Assembly: GCA_963676515.1 (NCBI GenBank)
Contig: OY781061.1
Span: 505,520 to 537,519 of the forward strand
Direction of reading: 5' to 3'
From: Candidatus Cloacimonadota bacterium
Lineage (GTDB): Bacteria > Cloacimonadota > Cloacimonadia > G963667145
DNA length: 32,000 bases
The notes beneath the pieces were generated by a model that did no database searches, was not told where the DNA came from, and saw nothing but the letters and a program-made list of their open reading frames with translations. Made by a program: the position numbers and the translations under genes. This document shows positions 17,446 through 26,112 of the stretch, in pieces; position 1 is the stretch's first letter; each line of letters begins with the position of its first letter.

Positions 17446-18607
17446 TTTTTACGACAAAATAAAAGAGGATCCTAAAAATCCCGAACAATACATTGTTGAC
17501 GGTGAAACTTTCAAAGAAATTATTTCCGAAGAAGTTATTCAAAATTTCCCCTTAAACAACATAAAGTTTACCAACGGCAAACTCGTGGAGGGGGAAGAAG
17601 ACAGCGATGAAAAAAAATTCGTTATCCAAAACCACAACTTTGAAAGTGATCTCAAATTTAGCAATTGCATCTTTGAAGAAGAATTGTCTTTCATAAATTG
17701 CTCTTTTAGAGAAGATGTTACTTTTAAAAATTGCACTTTCAAAAACAAAGTAATCTTGGACGGAAACAAGCTTGCAAAATATCTTATTTTTGATAACCCA
17801 ACTTTTTGTAAGAATGTGTTTATCAAAAAAAGTTCCGACTTAGAGGGAAGTTTTTGCAAATTAAAATTTGATACTGTCTCTTTCCAAAAAATAAACGGAG
17901 AATATCCAGAGATTTTTTTGGAAAACAACTCTTTAGATAAACTCCACCTTAAATATTTCACAAATCAAGCTATAAACTTCCGCTTGATAAATACTAAAAT
18001 CATCAGCAAATTGCAACTAGAAAGTTCCACACTGGACAATATGGAATTCACAGGGCTCAATCTAGAAAATGCAGAGAAAATAAAAATCAAAAACTCCTCT
18101 TTTTACAAAACTCTTTTTAACAATGTAAAATGGGGTGATGTTACAGAAAATCGATTCAATACAGACAGCGATACTTTACGCCAGCTGAAACACGCCAATG
18201 ACCTGCAAGGCAACCATATCCAAGCTAATAAGTTTTATCGACTAGAGATGATAAAATACGGAAAAGAGCTAGAATGGTACAACTTTTTGGACAAGATAGT
18301 ATTCACTGCAGGGAAATATGTTTCTGATTTTTCGCAAAACTGGTTTTTACCACTATTTTGGTACTTTTGTATCGGAATAGTCCTTTTTGCTTTGGTTTGT
18401 TTTCAAGAAGTTAATCCTTCTTTTTTAGATTTTGCCAACTTCGTAAACCCTTTTGTAAATCCGTGTAATTTAGAAAAATTTACGAACCCAGAAGCCAGTA
18501 TAGCTGTAAAAAACACAATTATAATTTACTTTATTTTCCGATTTATCGCTATATTCATAGGCTACCAGTTGGTGATTTCTCTTCGGGCAAAAACTAGAAG
18601 AAGATAA
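17438..18607 (+). CDS. Pentapeptide-repeat-like membrane protein
   Basis: FSNCIFEEELSFINCSFREDVTFKNCTFKNKVIL repeats; C-terminal ion-channel-like hydrophobic segments (WFLPLFWYFCIGIVLFALVCF, TIIIYFIFRFIAIFIGYQLVISL). Start overlaps the glycosyltransferase stop. Confidence 0.7.
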   Translation: MIDFYDKIKEDPKNPEQYIVDGETFKEIISEEVIQNFPLNNIKFTNGKLVEGEEDSDEKKFVIQNHNFESDLKFSNCIFEEELSFINCSFREDVTFKNCTFKNKVILDGNKLAKYLIFDNPTFCKNVFIKKSSDLEGSFCKLKFDTVSFQKINGEYPEIFLENNSLDKLHLKYFTNQAINFRLINTKIISKLQLESSTLDNMEFTGLNLENAEKIKIKNSSFYKTLFNNVKWGDVTENRFNTDSDTLRQLKHANDLQGNHIQANKFYRLEMIKYGKELEWYNFLDKIVFTAGKYVSDFSQNWFLPLFWYFCIGIVLFALVCFQEVNPSFLDFANFVNPFVNPCNLEKFTNPEASIAVKNTIIIYFIFRFIAIFIGYQLVISLRAKTRRR

Positions 18608-18608
18608 A

Positions 18609-20006
18609 CTAAAATTCTATCTTCGCTCCCTCTTGGGTGTCTACCACTTTTAGCCCCAGTTTTTGTAAATCGTCTCTGATTTTGTCCGCCAACTTCCAGT
18701 TTTTCTCTTGCTTGGCAATAGTACGATATCTCAGCAGAAGACTCAAAAGTTGCTCTTCCAATCCTTGAATAGTTGGCTGAGCCGCTTTCTTTTTCAGTTG
18801 CTCCTCTAAGTCGGAAAAGAAACCCAAAACTTTGCCTAAAACTACCAAAGTAGCAGCTGCTTGCTGACGGATTTGAAGAGGATTGTTTTGCTTTTTGGCA
18901 AGTTTGGCTAACCCAAACAACACAGCTAAAGCTTTGGCGGTGTTGAAGTCGTCGTCCATAGCTATGACAAATGTAGCCACCTCTTCTTTCAAAAGCTCAC
19001 AATTGTCTATTTCTACTTTGTAAGAAAGATAATCCACAGATTGCAGAGCACTGATGAAGTTGTCCAAAGCTACTTTGGACTCTTGCATGATTTTTTTATT
19101 GAAGTCGATCGAAGTTCTGTAATGTTTAGACAAGAAAAACAAGCGGATAACATCGGCGGCGTAATGCTTCAAGATGTCACGAGCAGTAAAGAAATTATTC
19201 AGCGATTTGGACATCTTCTCGCCTTCGATGTTCAAAAATCCGTTGTGCATCCAATAACCGACAAACTTCTTGCTCGATAAAGCCTCAGCTTGAGCTATTT
19301 CGTTCTCATGATGCGGGAAGATGAGGTCTATACCTCCACCGTGGATGTCAAAGCTCTCTCCCAATAGGTCTCGGCTCATCACCACGCATTCGGAGTGCCA
19401 ACCAGGTCTGCCAGCTCCCCAAGGGCTATCCCAAGACGGCTCATCGGGTTTGGACGCTTTCCAGAGGGTGAAATCGGCTGGATGCTTCTTGGCAGAGTTT
19501 ACCTCTACTCTGGCTCCAGCTCGCAGATCTTCCAGCTTCTTCCCCGAAAGTTTGCCATATTCAGCAAATTTAGAGACTTGGAAATAAAGGTCTCCGCCTG
19601 CTTGATATGCGTAGCCTTTATTCTCTAGCTCTTGCAAAAATATTATCATCTTGTCGATGTATTCAGTTGCTTTGGGATTATAGTCGGCAGGCATAATATT
19701 TAAGGCTCTGGTATCTTCTTGAAAAGCTTCTATATATTTTTCGTTGATTTGCGAGATATCCACACCCTCTTTTTGAGCTTGAGCGATTATTTTGTCATCT
19801 ATATCGGTCAGATTTTGGACAAAAGTAACTTGATAACCTTGATAAAGGAAATATCTACGCACGACATCAAAAAAGAGAAACGGACGAGCATTGCCAATAT
19901 GAAAATAGTTGTAAACCGTGGGACCACACACATAGAGCTTGACCTTGCCTTCTTGCTGAGGGACAAATTCCCGCTTTTTTTTAGCCAATGTGTCAAAAAT
20001 TTTCAT
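18609..20006 (-). CDS. cysS: Cysteine--tRNA ligase
   Basis: VKLYVCGPTVYNYFHIGNARPFLFFDVVRRYF; FVQNLTDIDDKIIAQA; HGGGIDLIFPHHENEIAQAEA; EKMSKSLNNFFT (KMSKS). Confidence 0.97.
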   Translation of the reverse strand: MKIFDTLAKKKREFVPQQEGKVKLYVCGPTVYNYFHIGNARPFLFFDVVRRYFLYQGYQVTFVQNLTDIDDKIIAQAQKEGVDISQINEKYIEAFQEDTRALNIMPADYNPKATEYIDKMIIFLQELENKGYAYQAGGDLYFQVSKFAEYGKLSGKKLEDLRAGARVEVNSAKKHPADFTLWKASKPDEPSWDSPWGAGRPGWHSECVVMSRDLLGESFDIHGGGIDLIFPHHENEIAQAEALSSKKFVGYWMHNGFLNIEGEKMSKSLNNFFTARDILKHYAADVIRLFFLSKHYRTSIDFNKKIMQESKVALDNFISALQSVDYLSYKVEIDNCELLKEEVATFVIAMDDDFNTAKALAVLFGLAKLAKKQNNPLQIRQQAAATLVVLGKVLGFFSDLEEQLKKKAAQPTIQGLEEQLLSLLLRYRTIAKQEKNWKLADKIRDDLQKLGLKVVDTQEGAKIEF

Positions 20007-21214
20007 CGTATCTCCTTTAAAACTAATCTATTTATTCTGTTGTTGCTAATTTTTTCTATCACCAGTTTTTTCGTGCTATCTATTTCCAAAAAATCACCTG
20101 GAGATGGCACTTTGTCCAGCTTGTCGTACACATATTCGGAGACATTATCGTACTCATCCGCTGGCAAATGCAGAGCAAATTCCTGATTGAGGAAATAGAG
20201 ATTGCAACTACCGTCTATCTTGTAACCCTCGCTGGTTTTCTCGACCATCGGCTCTTCCGTGTCGGACTCGTCTAAAATCTCGCCGACTAGCTCTTCCAAC
20301 ACATCTTCCATCGTAACTATACCGCAGGTGCCGCCGTACTCGTTCACCACCACCGCCATATGCTTACGACCTGATTTGAAGAGGTTCAGCACCTTAGCGA
20401 TAGGCATGTTCTCTGTAACAAACAATGGCTCTCGCATCAGCTTATCGATGCGAAAAAATTTTTCTTCTTGCAAAATAATATCTTTGGCGTAGATAAAACC
20501 AACGATGTTGTCTATCTCTTCCCGATAGACAGGAATGCGAGAGAATCCGCTCTCCACGATAACCTTAACCACCTCTCGTGGCGAATGCCCCAACTCAATA
20601 GCTACCATATCCACTCTGGGACTCATCACCTGAGCTATCTTGGTATCTGGAAATCGCAAAATATTTTTCATAAGTTTTTTTTGCTTCCGATCGAGGCTCA
20701 ATTTACCAGAATCAACCAAGTCTCCTATCTCTTTTTTGGTAACTGCATTATTTTTCTTATTTCTAGCCAACAACTTACCCATAAGCTCGATACCAAAAAT
20801 GAAAGGGAAAAGAAGATAAATCAGAGGCTCCAAAATAATGGCAGAGTTCCTCACCACGAACTTGGAATGTTTGTAGCAAAAAATCTTGGGCAATATCTCA
20901 CCGAAAACCAGCAAAAACAACCAAACTACGAAAATCTCTCCGCAAAGTGCCCATTCCAATTTCCAGCCATAATCTTCCGCCAACAGAAGTGCAAAGAAAG
21001 TGGCGACAGAAGCGATCATTACATTCACGACGGTGTTGGAGATGAGGATAGCCACCAATAGTCGATTGGGATAAGCGTAGAGCCGCTGCACTCTCTTGGA
21101 TAGTTGCCAGAGTCTGCGTTGCTCTATCTTGGAGATGGAAAAGTAGGCTGACTCTGCCCCAGAAAAAAAACTGGAAAGAAGAAAAAGCAAGGCTAAAATA
21201 TAAAGGTGGCTCAT
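20003..21214 (-). CDS. CNNM-type transmembrane domain/CBS domain protein (HlyC/CorC family)
   Basis: GAESAYFSISKIEQRRL...; MSPRVDMVAIELGHSPREVVKVIVESGFSRIPVYREEIDNIVGFIYAKDI; MAVVVNEYGGTCGIVTMEDVLEELVGEI. Confidence 0.93.
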   Translation of the reverse strand: MSHLYILALLFLLSSFFSGAESAYFSISKIEQRRLWQLSKRVQRLYAYPNRLLVAILISNTVVNVMIASVATFFALLLAEDYGWKLEWALCGEIFVVWLFLLVFGEILPKIFCYKHSKFVVRNSAIILEPLIYLLFPFIFGIELMGKLLARNKKNNAVTKKEIGDLVDSGKLSLDRKQKKLMKNILRFPDTKIAQVMSPRVDMVAIELGHSPREVVKVIVESGFSRIPVYREEIDNIVGFIYAKDIILQEEKFFRIDKLMREPLFVTENMPIAKVLNLFKSGRKHMAVVVNEYGGTCGIVTMEDVLEELVGEILDESDTEEPMVEKTSEGYKIDGSCNLYFLNQEFALHLPADEYDNVSEYVYDKLDKVPSPGDFLEIDSTKKLVIEKISNNRINRLVLKEIR

Positions 21215-21609
21215 TCGTCCGCCTGCAAGAGTGCTAGCTCTTTAGTTTGCATGGTTTTTTTTTGCTCGTCAGTAAAGTGATCATAGCCCGCCAGATGACA
21301 AACCCCGTGAGCAAAGACAGAGTGCAAATCTTGGGCTAGACCCTTTTTGCCACTTCTATCTCTCAGATATTCCAAGCAGATAAGCAAACTCCCGTAATTA
21401 CTACTCAGCTCAAAAGAAAGAATGTCCGTCTTTTGCTCTAGACCACGAAACTCTTTGTTTTGTCTGCAGATAAATTCGCTATCACACAAGCAGAGATCTA
21501 GCGTATAATCTTTGGGCAAAAGTTTAATCTGCTCAGCTTTAACATAGATTTCCTCCAGCGGAGAAAAATCTAGTTCGATTTTGGTTTGATTTTCAATATT
21601 TAGTATCAT
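21211..21609 (-). CDS. ybeY: Endoribonuclease YbeY
   Basis: LNKxFR-like CRQNKEFRGLEQKTDILSFEL; metal motif HGVCHLAGYDHFTDEQ. Confidence 0.93.
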   Translation of the reverse strand: MILNIENQTKIELDFSPLEEIYVKAEQIKLLPKDYTLDLCLCDSEFICRQNKEFRGLEQKTDILSFELSSNYGSLLICLEYLRDRSGKKGLAQDLHSVFAHGVCHLAGYDHFTDEQKKTMQTKELALLQADE

Positions 21610-21755
21610 AACTTAATTTCAACTTCATTTCTGCCCTAAGCGATGTCAACACAAATTTTCCTTGACGGCACTCTAAAAGATTTTTTTTTGCTATATAATA
21701 CTTTGCACTAATAAATAAACTCAAATGAGGTGATTATTTTAATCAACAAAAATTT

Positions 21756-23120
21756 ATGATAAAAGTTATAATTGACGAGAAACTAGATAATTACAAAAAG
21801 CAAATTAGAGATGTTATTGATCTTAGCTTTAACTATTTGGGTATTCAATACGAGATTATTTCGGGTCTAGTGGAGATAAATGTGGAGGATGTCCTCGTTT
21901 GTTACTCTCTACAAAAACCTTCCACACGAGAAATAACGGAACTTATCGGGCTTAGTGCCAGCACAAATATATTTTTTATCACTATCAATTTGGAGCTATA
22001 CGAAAAAATCGGTCTTTCTAGGCTAAAATCTCTGAAAAAAGAGTTTCACGATTTTTACATCTTAGGAAACGAACCGCCAACTATTGAGAAGAAAAAAGGC
22101 GAATTTGGCAACTTTTTCTTTTACAACTTCGACCTTTGGGGCAACCTTTTCCAGCTAGCTAACTACCAAAAAAATAGCTCCATACCCGTCTGCAATCTAC
22201 TAATATCTGATTTCTTGCAACTTGTCAAAAATTGTGTCTCTAACGACGAGTTTTTCCTCATTCGCACAAAACTTTGGCCAGAAAATCAGAAATTTGCTCT
22301 GTGTCTGACTGCAGAGATCGACAAACTATACAAATGGCAAAGCTACTCAAAAACTTTGAAAAAAATCTTACTCAACCTCTTTGCTCACCCTTTGGCAGCT
22401 CTGCAAGAGTACTTTGAACTAAATTTCAAAAGCGAAGAACCTTATTGGGTGTTCCCTCTCTTGCAATCTATCCCCAATATTACCTACTGTTTGCCCGCAA
22501 AAAATGACAACTTTGATCCGCAAGAGAAAAGTGTCGCTAATCAACTCTCAGCCTTGGAAAAACAACTAATTAAACTAGAGACCAAAAAGTTGCCCACCTA
22601 TAAGAGCTTTTTATTCCCGCTCTGTTACTCAGAGGTTTCCGTTTGTTTGAATAGTAGCGAGTTCGTAAAAGGTGGCTACAAACACCTGAGCGAATCTGCC
22701 GCCCAAGCTCTGGTCGCTACCAGCATAGACAATGGACACCTAGCTGGTGGCGTAACTTGTCTGGGCTTTAGATTTTCCGACCTCTACGACATACCCTACG
22801 CCTTCAAGATACTCGAAAATCTAGTAAAACTAGGGAAAAAACCCGCTGTTTACTTCGCCGACCAAAACCAAATCAAGAGTTGGCTAAAACTTCGCCAAAA
22901 AATCAAATGGGTAGTCGAGCAAAATAAGGTGAAAATCCTCAGCAACTACGATATAGAAAACCTTGTGCTAGAAATTATCGGAAATTACGAAGTGGAGTCC
23001 CACACAGGTTGTACTTTGCGAATCGAAAAAAACCTACTTTACATCAGCAATATCAAAAAATACACCACAGCAACTCTCACGCTGAAGAAATTTTATCGTC
23101 TTAATCGACGGATAGATTAA
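21756..23120 (+). CDS. Hypothetical protein, divergent polysaccharide deacetylase-like
   Basis: 454-aa ORF; layout FALCLTAEIDKLYKW...EPYWVFPLLQS...DNGHLAGGVTCLGFRFSDLYDIP resembles deacetylase-family proteins (THDVD...YDSTLGF...GFRxGT), but the catalytic HD is absent. Confidence 0.5.
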   Translation: MIKVIIDEKLDNYKKQIRDVIDLSFNYLGIQYEIISGLVEINVEDVLVCYSLQKPSTREITELIGLSASTNIFFITINLELYEKIGLSRLKSLKKEFHDFYILGNEPPTIEKKKGEFGNFFFYNFDLWGNLFQLANYQKNSSIPVCNLLISDFLQLVKNCVSNDEFFLIRTKLWPENQKFALCLTAEIDKLYKWQSYSKTLKKILLNLFAHPLAALQEYFELNFKSEEPYWVFPLLQSIPNITYCLPAKNDNFDPQEKSVANQLSALEKQLIKLETKKLPTYKSFLFPLCYSEVSVCLNSSEFVKGGYKHLSESAAQALVATSIDNGHLAGGVTCLGFRFSDLYDIPYAFKILENLVKLGKKPAVYFADQNQIKSWLKLRQKIKWVVEQNKVKILSNYDIENLVLEIIGNYEVESHTGCTLRIEKNLLYISNIKKYTTATLTLKKFYRLNRRID

Positions 23121-23533
23121 TAATTCCAAAAGCAAAACAAACTTTTTTCTTAATTGACGATTGTCCCGAGAACCCCTCTCTATAAATCTGCACAAGCATT
23201 ACCTCTACCTTTCGATAGTCCGCTAACACCCGTGGTGTCTTCACCTTTCCCCCGCTCCAGCTGTGCAAAGAGAGGTGCTTTACTTTTTATGAGTGTCGAA
23301 GCAAATTATGGCTTCTTCTTGTCGGAAAGCTACGCTAAGGCAGTTGAACGCTCTGTCTTGAGCTTTTTGGGCAGATGACCACTCATCTGGGCTGCTCTAG
23401 TGCCTTCATAAGCGTTGAGTTTGCCACCGAAGGAGATGATGGAAACAGTTTGCGAGGTCAATTTTTGCAGTTTTATTTTTGTTTAATAAAATAAAAAAGT
23501 CGTCCTTTTTTTACAAAGACGACTTATTATAAT

Positions 23534-23621
23534 TGGTACCAGAGACCGGACTTGAACCGGTACAGGCTAAAAGCCCGAGGGATTTTAAGTCCCTTGTGTC
23601 TACCAATTCCACCACTCCGGC
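23534..23621 (-). tRNA. tRNA-Leu(TAA)
   Basis: Reverse strand GCCGGAGTGGTGGAATTGGTAGACACAAGGGACTTAAAATCCCTCGGGC...GTACCGGTTCAAGTCCGGTCTCTGGTACCA; acceptor pairs with CTCTGGT; encoded CCA; long variable arm. Confidence 0.95.
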
Positions 23622-23635
23622 AATCTTTTGGAAAT

Positions 23636-23709
23636 TGGAGGCGACACCCAGATTCGAACTGGGGATGAGGATTTTGCAGACCCTTGCCTTACCACTTGGC
23701 GATGTCGCC
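23636..23709 (-). tRNA. tRNA-Cys(GCA)
   Basis: Reverse strand GGCGACATCGCCAAGTGGTAAGGCAAGGGTCTGCAAAATCCTCATCCCCAGTTCGAATCTGGGTGTCGCCTCCA. Confidence 0.95.
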
Positions 23710-23719
23710 GCAAAAAAAA

Positions 23720-23794
23720 TGGAGCGGAAGACGAGAATTGAACTCGCGACCCTCACGTTGGCAACGTGATGCTCTACCGCTGAGCTACTCCCGC
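23720..23794 (-). tRNA. tRNA-Gly(GCC)
   Basis: Reverse strand GCGGGAGTAGCTCAGCGGTAGAGCATCACGTTGCCAACGTGAGGGTCGCGAGTTCAATTCTCGTCTTCCGCTCCA. Confidence 0.95.
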
Positions 23795-23879
23795 AATTTT
23801 TCTCATAAAATTTTTGAGCGTTTTACTGTCAACTTGTTTTTCTGTTTTTGGTGGAAAGAAATAACGCTTCCGCTTCCAA

Positions 23880-24614
23880 CTATTTCGAGCTTGGGCAAAA
23901 GCGGTTTAATTCCAGTATCCCGCAAACACCTGCGGCGGTAGTGCCAAAGACTGCATAATCTTTGCCGAAAGTTTCGATAGCGTTCATTATTTTGTCGAAA
24001 GAGTCGTTGCAAAGCGTAGAGCCCGTGAAAAGGATAAAATCTCCTGTTTGGAGCAAATCGTCGTTCACCAGATTGCCATCTTCGATAGTGATGCCAAATT
24101 TCCGTTTGCCTATCCAGTCGGGATCTAGGTCGCTACATCGCACTTGCAATCCAGCATCCAGTAACTTTTGCAAGATAGCGGGATTAAGCCCAATCATCGA
24201 TATTTTGCCTTTTTGCTCTCGTAACTGCTCCGCTATCCAGCGTCCGCACTCTTCTGGCTCTTCGTCCTTACAATGAATGGTCTGCCCACAACAGCCCAGA
24301 TAAGCTGCCACGGCGTTTATCGTAGCCACCTGCAAAGCTCTATTGGCTGACTGTGAGCTATCCAGAGCGAAAACCTCTTGCAAAGTGCCCACAAATTCAG
24401 CAGGGTTGGTGGTAAAGGCTTGCCCTTTGAACCCCTGAAAATCGGCTTGGATCATGATCTCTTTGCCTTTTTGGATAGGAAAATCTTGCCTCTGGGGAGT
24501 GCCAATAGCCTCTGTTACACTCAATCCTTTAACATAGATAGCGACCTGCGTGTGTAGCTCGCCTACCAATAACTTGCCTATCTCGTGCAGGCTCAATCGT
24601 AAATAATCTTTCAC
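23880..24614 (-). CDS. DUF364/DUF4213-type Rossmann-like protein
   Basis: NAVAAYLGCCGQ...KISMIGLNPAILQKLLDAGLQVRCSDLDPDWIGKRKFGITIEDG...LLQTGDFILFTGSTLCNDSFDKIMNAI....YAVFGTTAAG. Confidence 0.75.
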   Translation of the reverse strand: MKDYLRLSLHEIGKLLVGELHTQVAIYVKGLSVTEAIGTPQRQDFPIQKGKEIMIQADFQGFKGQAFTTNPAEFVGTLQEVFALDSSQSANRALQVATINAVAAYLGCCGQTIHCKDEEPEECGRWIAEQLREQKGKISMIGLNPAILQKLLDAGLQVRCSDLDPDWIGKRKFGITIEDGNLVNDDLLQTGDFILFTGSTLCNDSFDKIMNAIETFGKDYAVFGTTAAGVCGILELNRFCPSSK

Positions 24615-25474
24615 TTTATTTCCTTTTTGCGTAAATTTATAAAGCCGCTTTCCGTGAACTTGTCCAATGTGGACGACAATATAAGATACTCATAAAACTT
24701 TTTTAACTCGTCAGAACAATCTGAGATAAGAATAGCTTCAAACTCTATCTTGGGTACTTTGCTTTGCAATTGGTAGATTACCTGCACATTAGAGGAAATC
24801 TGGGCATCGGAATAAGCAACTATTCCCAGATCTACACTACCCGAAGCGACCATACTCAGAGCTGCCACATCGTTCATCGCACAGACGATTTTTTCTTGGG
24901 CAAACTGCCAGATGGCGTGATTTTCCAGATACTTCTTCACATACTTGCCCATCGGTGCGTGCGTGTAGTCAGCGATAACTATCTTGTCGGCTGTGAGGAT
25001 ATCTTTGGGGCTATTCACTTTTAATGCTGAGCCTTTGGGTGCTATCACTACCAAGCTGTTGCCCAAAATTGTCTGGCTATGTCTATAGTAGCCTTCCTTT
25101 TCCAGATAGCGACTCCACTTGCGATTACCGCTAATAATAACCCCATAAGCTCTGCCGTTTTGCAGTTGCTTGACCAGCACAGGAGGGGTAGCATAATTCA
25201 CAGTAAAGGGTCGCTCTATACCCAAATAATAGGCATCCAAAAGCGGTTCGAGGGTTTTTTCAAGACAAGGAGGAGCCCCCAATACCGCTATAGGAGCTCC
25301 CTTGTCTTTGTCTAGTAAGCCAAATTTATCACAAAAAAATAAAGCCAGAAGAATAAAACTTAGGAAAAGGAATAAAAAAGCTTTAAACCCCGGCTTTACT
25401 TTGTTTTTTAATTTAATGACTTCCTCTGGAATGTTCGGTGCAAGCAGATCCTTTGCTAATAAGATTATCGGCAA
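24611..25474 (-). CDS. Molybdate/tungstate-type (ModA-like) substrate-binding protein, membrane-anchored
   Basis: Hydrophobic anchor FKAFLFLFLSFILLALFF, then APIAVLGAPPCLEKTLEPLLDAYY...VLVKQLQNGRAYGVIISGNRKWSRYLEKEG...TILGNSLVVIAPKGSALKVNSPKDI. The true start is uncertain, as the ORF overlaps the next gene by 62 nt. Confidence 0.7.
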   Translation of the reverse strand: MPIILLAKDLLAPNIPEEVIKLKNKVKPGFKAFLFLFLSFILLALFFCDKFGLLDKDKGAPIAVLGAPPCLEKTLEPLLDAYYLGIERPFTVNYATPPVLVKQLQNGRAYGVIISGNRKWSRYLEKEGYYRHSQTILGNSLVVIAPKGSALKVNSPKDILTADKIVIADYTHAPMGKYVKKYLENHAIWQFAQEKIVCAMNDVAALSMVASGSVDLGIVAYSDAQISSNVQVIYQLQSKVPKIEFEAILISDCSDELKKFYEYLILSSTLDKFTESGFINLRKKEIK

Positions 25475-25763
25475 GATATTTGCTCACCAAATCTTCTATA
25501 ATTCCGCTAGCTCCTAGCACGGTCTTGATGCCTTGCTGAGCGAAAAGATCTATCGCCATAGAACCCATACCACCAGTGATAATCACATCCGCTTTTTGTT
25601 CGCCCAAAAATTTCGGCATCACTCCTGGAGCGTGCCCAGGTGATGCTACAAATTCTGTTTTCACTATTTTGCCGTCTGCTACATCCACCAAAGCGAAATA
25701 GGAACACTGTCCAAAATGTTCTTCAACGCTCTTTTTATCGTTAGTTGGAAAAGCTAATTTCAT
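25413..25763 (-). CDS. Dinitrogenase iron-molybdenum cofactor biosynthesis (NifX/NifB-CTD/ORP-like) protein
   Basis: MKLAFPTNDKKSVEEHFGQCSYFALVDVADGKIV...DVIITGGMGSMAIDLFAQQGIKTVLGASG. Confidence 0.88.
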   Translation of the reverse strand: MKLAFPTNDKKSVEEHFGQCSYFALVDVADGKIVKTEFVASPGHAPGVMPKFLGEQKADVIITGGMGSMAIDLFAQQGIKTVLGASGIIEDLVSKYLADNLISKGSACTEHSRGSH

Positions 25764-25776
25764 TTTTTCTCCTTGA

Positions 25777-26112
25777 TTAGAATAATTTTAATTCGCCATT
25801 TTTGTAAGCAGCGATAGCTTCCACTCCGCTCATAGCACCAGCTCCCACATACATCTTGACTCCCAGCTCGTCCAGCACTCTCTTGGCGTTCCCACCTGGA
25901 CCATTACCAGTAATGACCACCTCTACCTCTTTTCCTTCCAATTTGGAAGCTGTCAAAGGACCTACTCCGTGAGCTTGCTCTTTGCAAGCACTGTTGTCGA
26001 TGACTTCTATCACTTTCTCGTCTTCGCATATTAATAAAAATTCTGTTCTGCCAAATCTAGGGTCGATAGAATCTGTAAGAGTTTGACCTTTAGAAGTTAC
26101 TGCTATTTTCAT
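25777..26112 (-). CDS. Dinitrogenase iron-molybdenum cofactor biosynthesis (NifX/ORP-like) protein
   Basis: MKIAVTSKGQTLTDSIDPRFGRTEFLLICEDE...VEVVITGNGPGGNAKRVLDELGVKMYVGAGAMSGVEAIAAYKNGEL. Confidence 0.9.
   Translation of the reverse strand: MKIAVTSKGQTLTDSIDPRFGRTEFLLICEDEKVIEVIDNSACKEQAHGVGPLTASKLEGKEVEVVITGNGPGGNAKRVLDELGVKMYVGAGAMSGVEAIAAYKNGELKLF

Noticed and set aside
21662-21699. TTGACG...TATAAT promoter upstream of the 21756 ORF
   Set aside because: The -10-like TATAAT is good, but the spacer from TTGACG is 26 nt, too long for a sigma70 promoter. Not reported as a feature.
23154-23378. 74-aa plus-strand ORF near the tRNAs
   Set aside because: Low-complexity Pro/Ser-rich translation; no RBS or homologous family recognised.
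23511-24012. ORFs overlapping the tRNA genes (23511-23756, 23533-23769, 23803-24012)
   Set aside because: They translate tRNA sequence (for example the GLEPVQ / VETPDLKS-type peptides), a classic false ORF.
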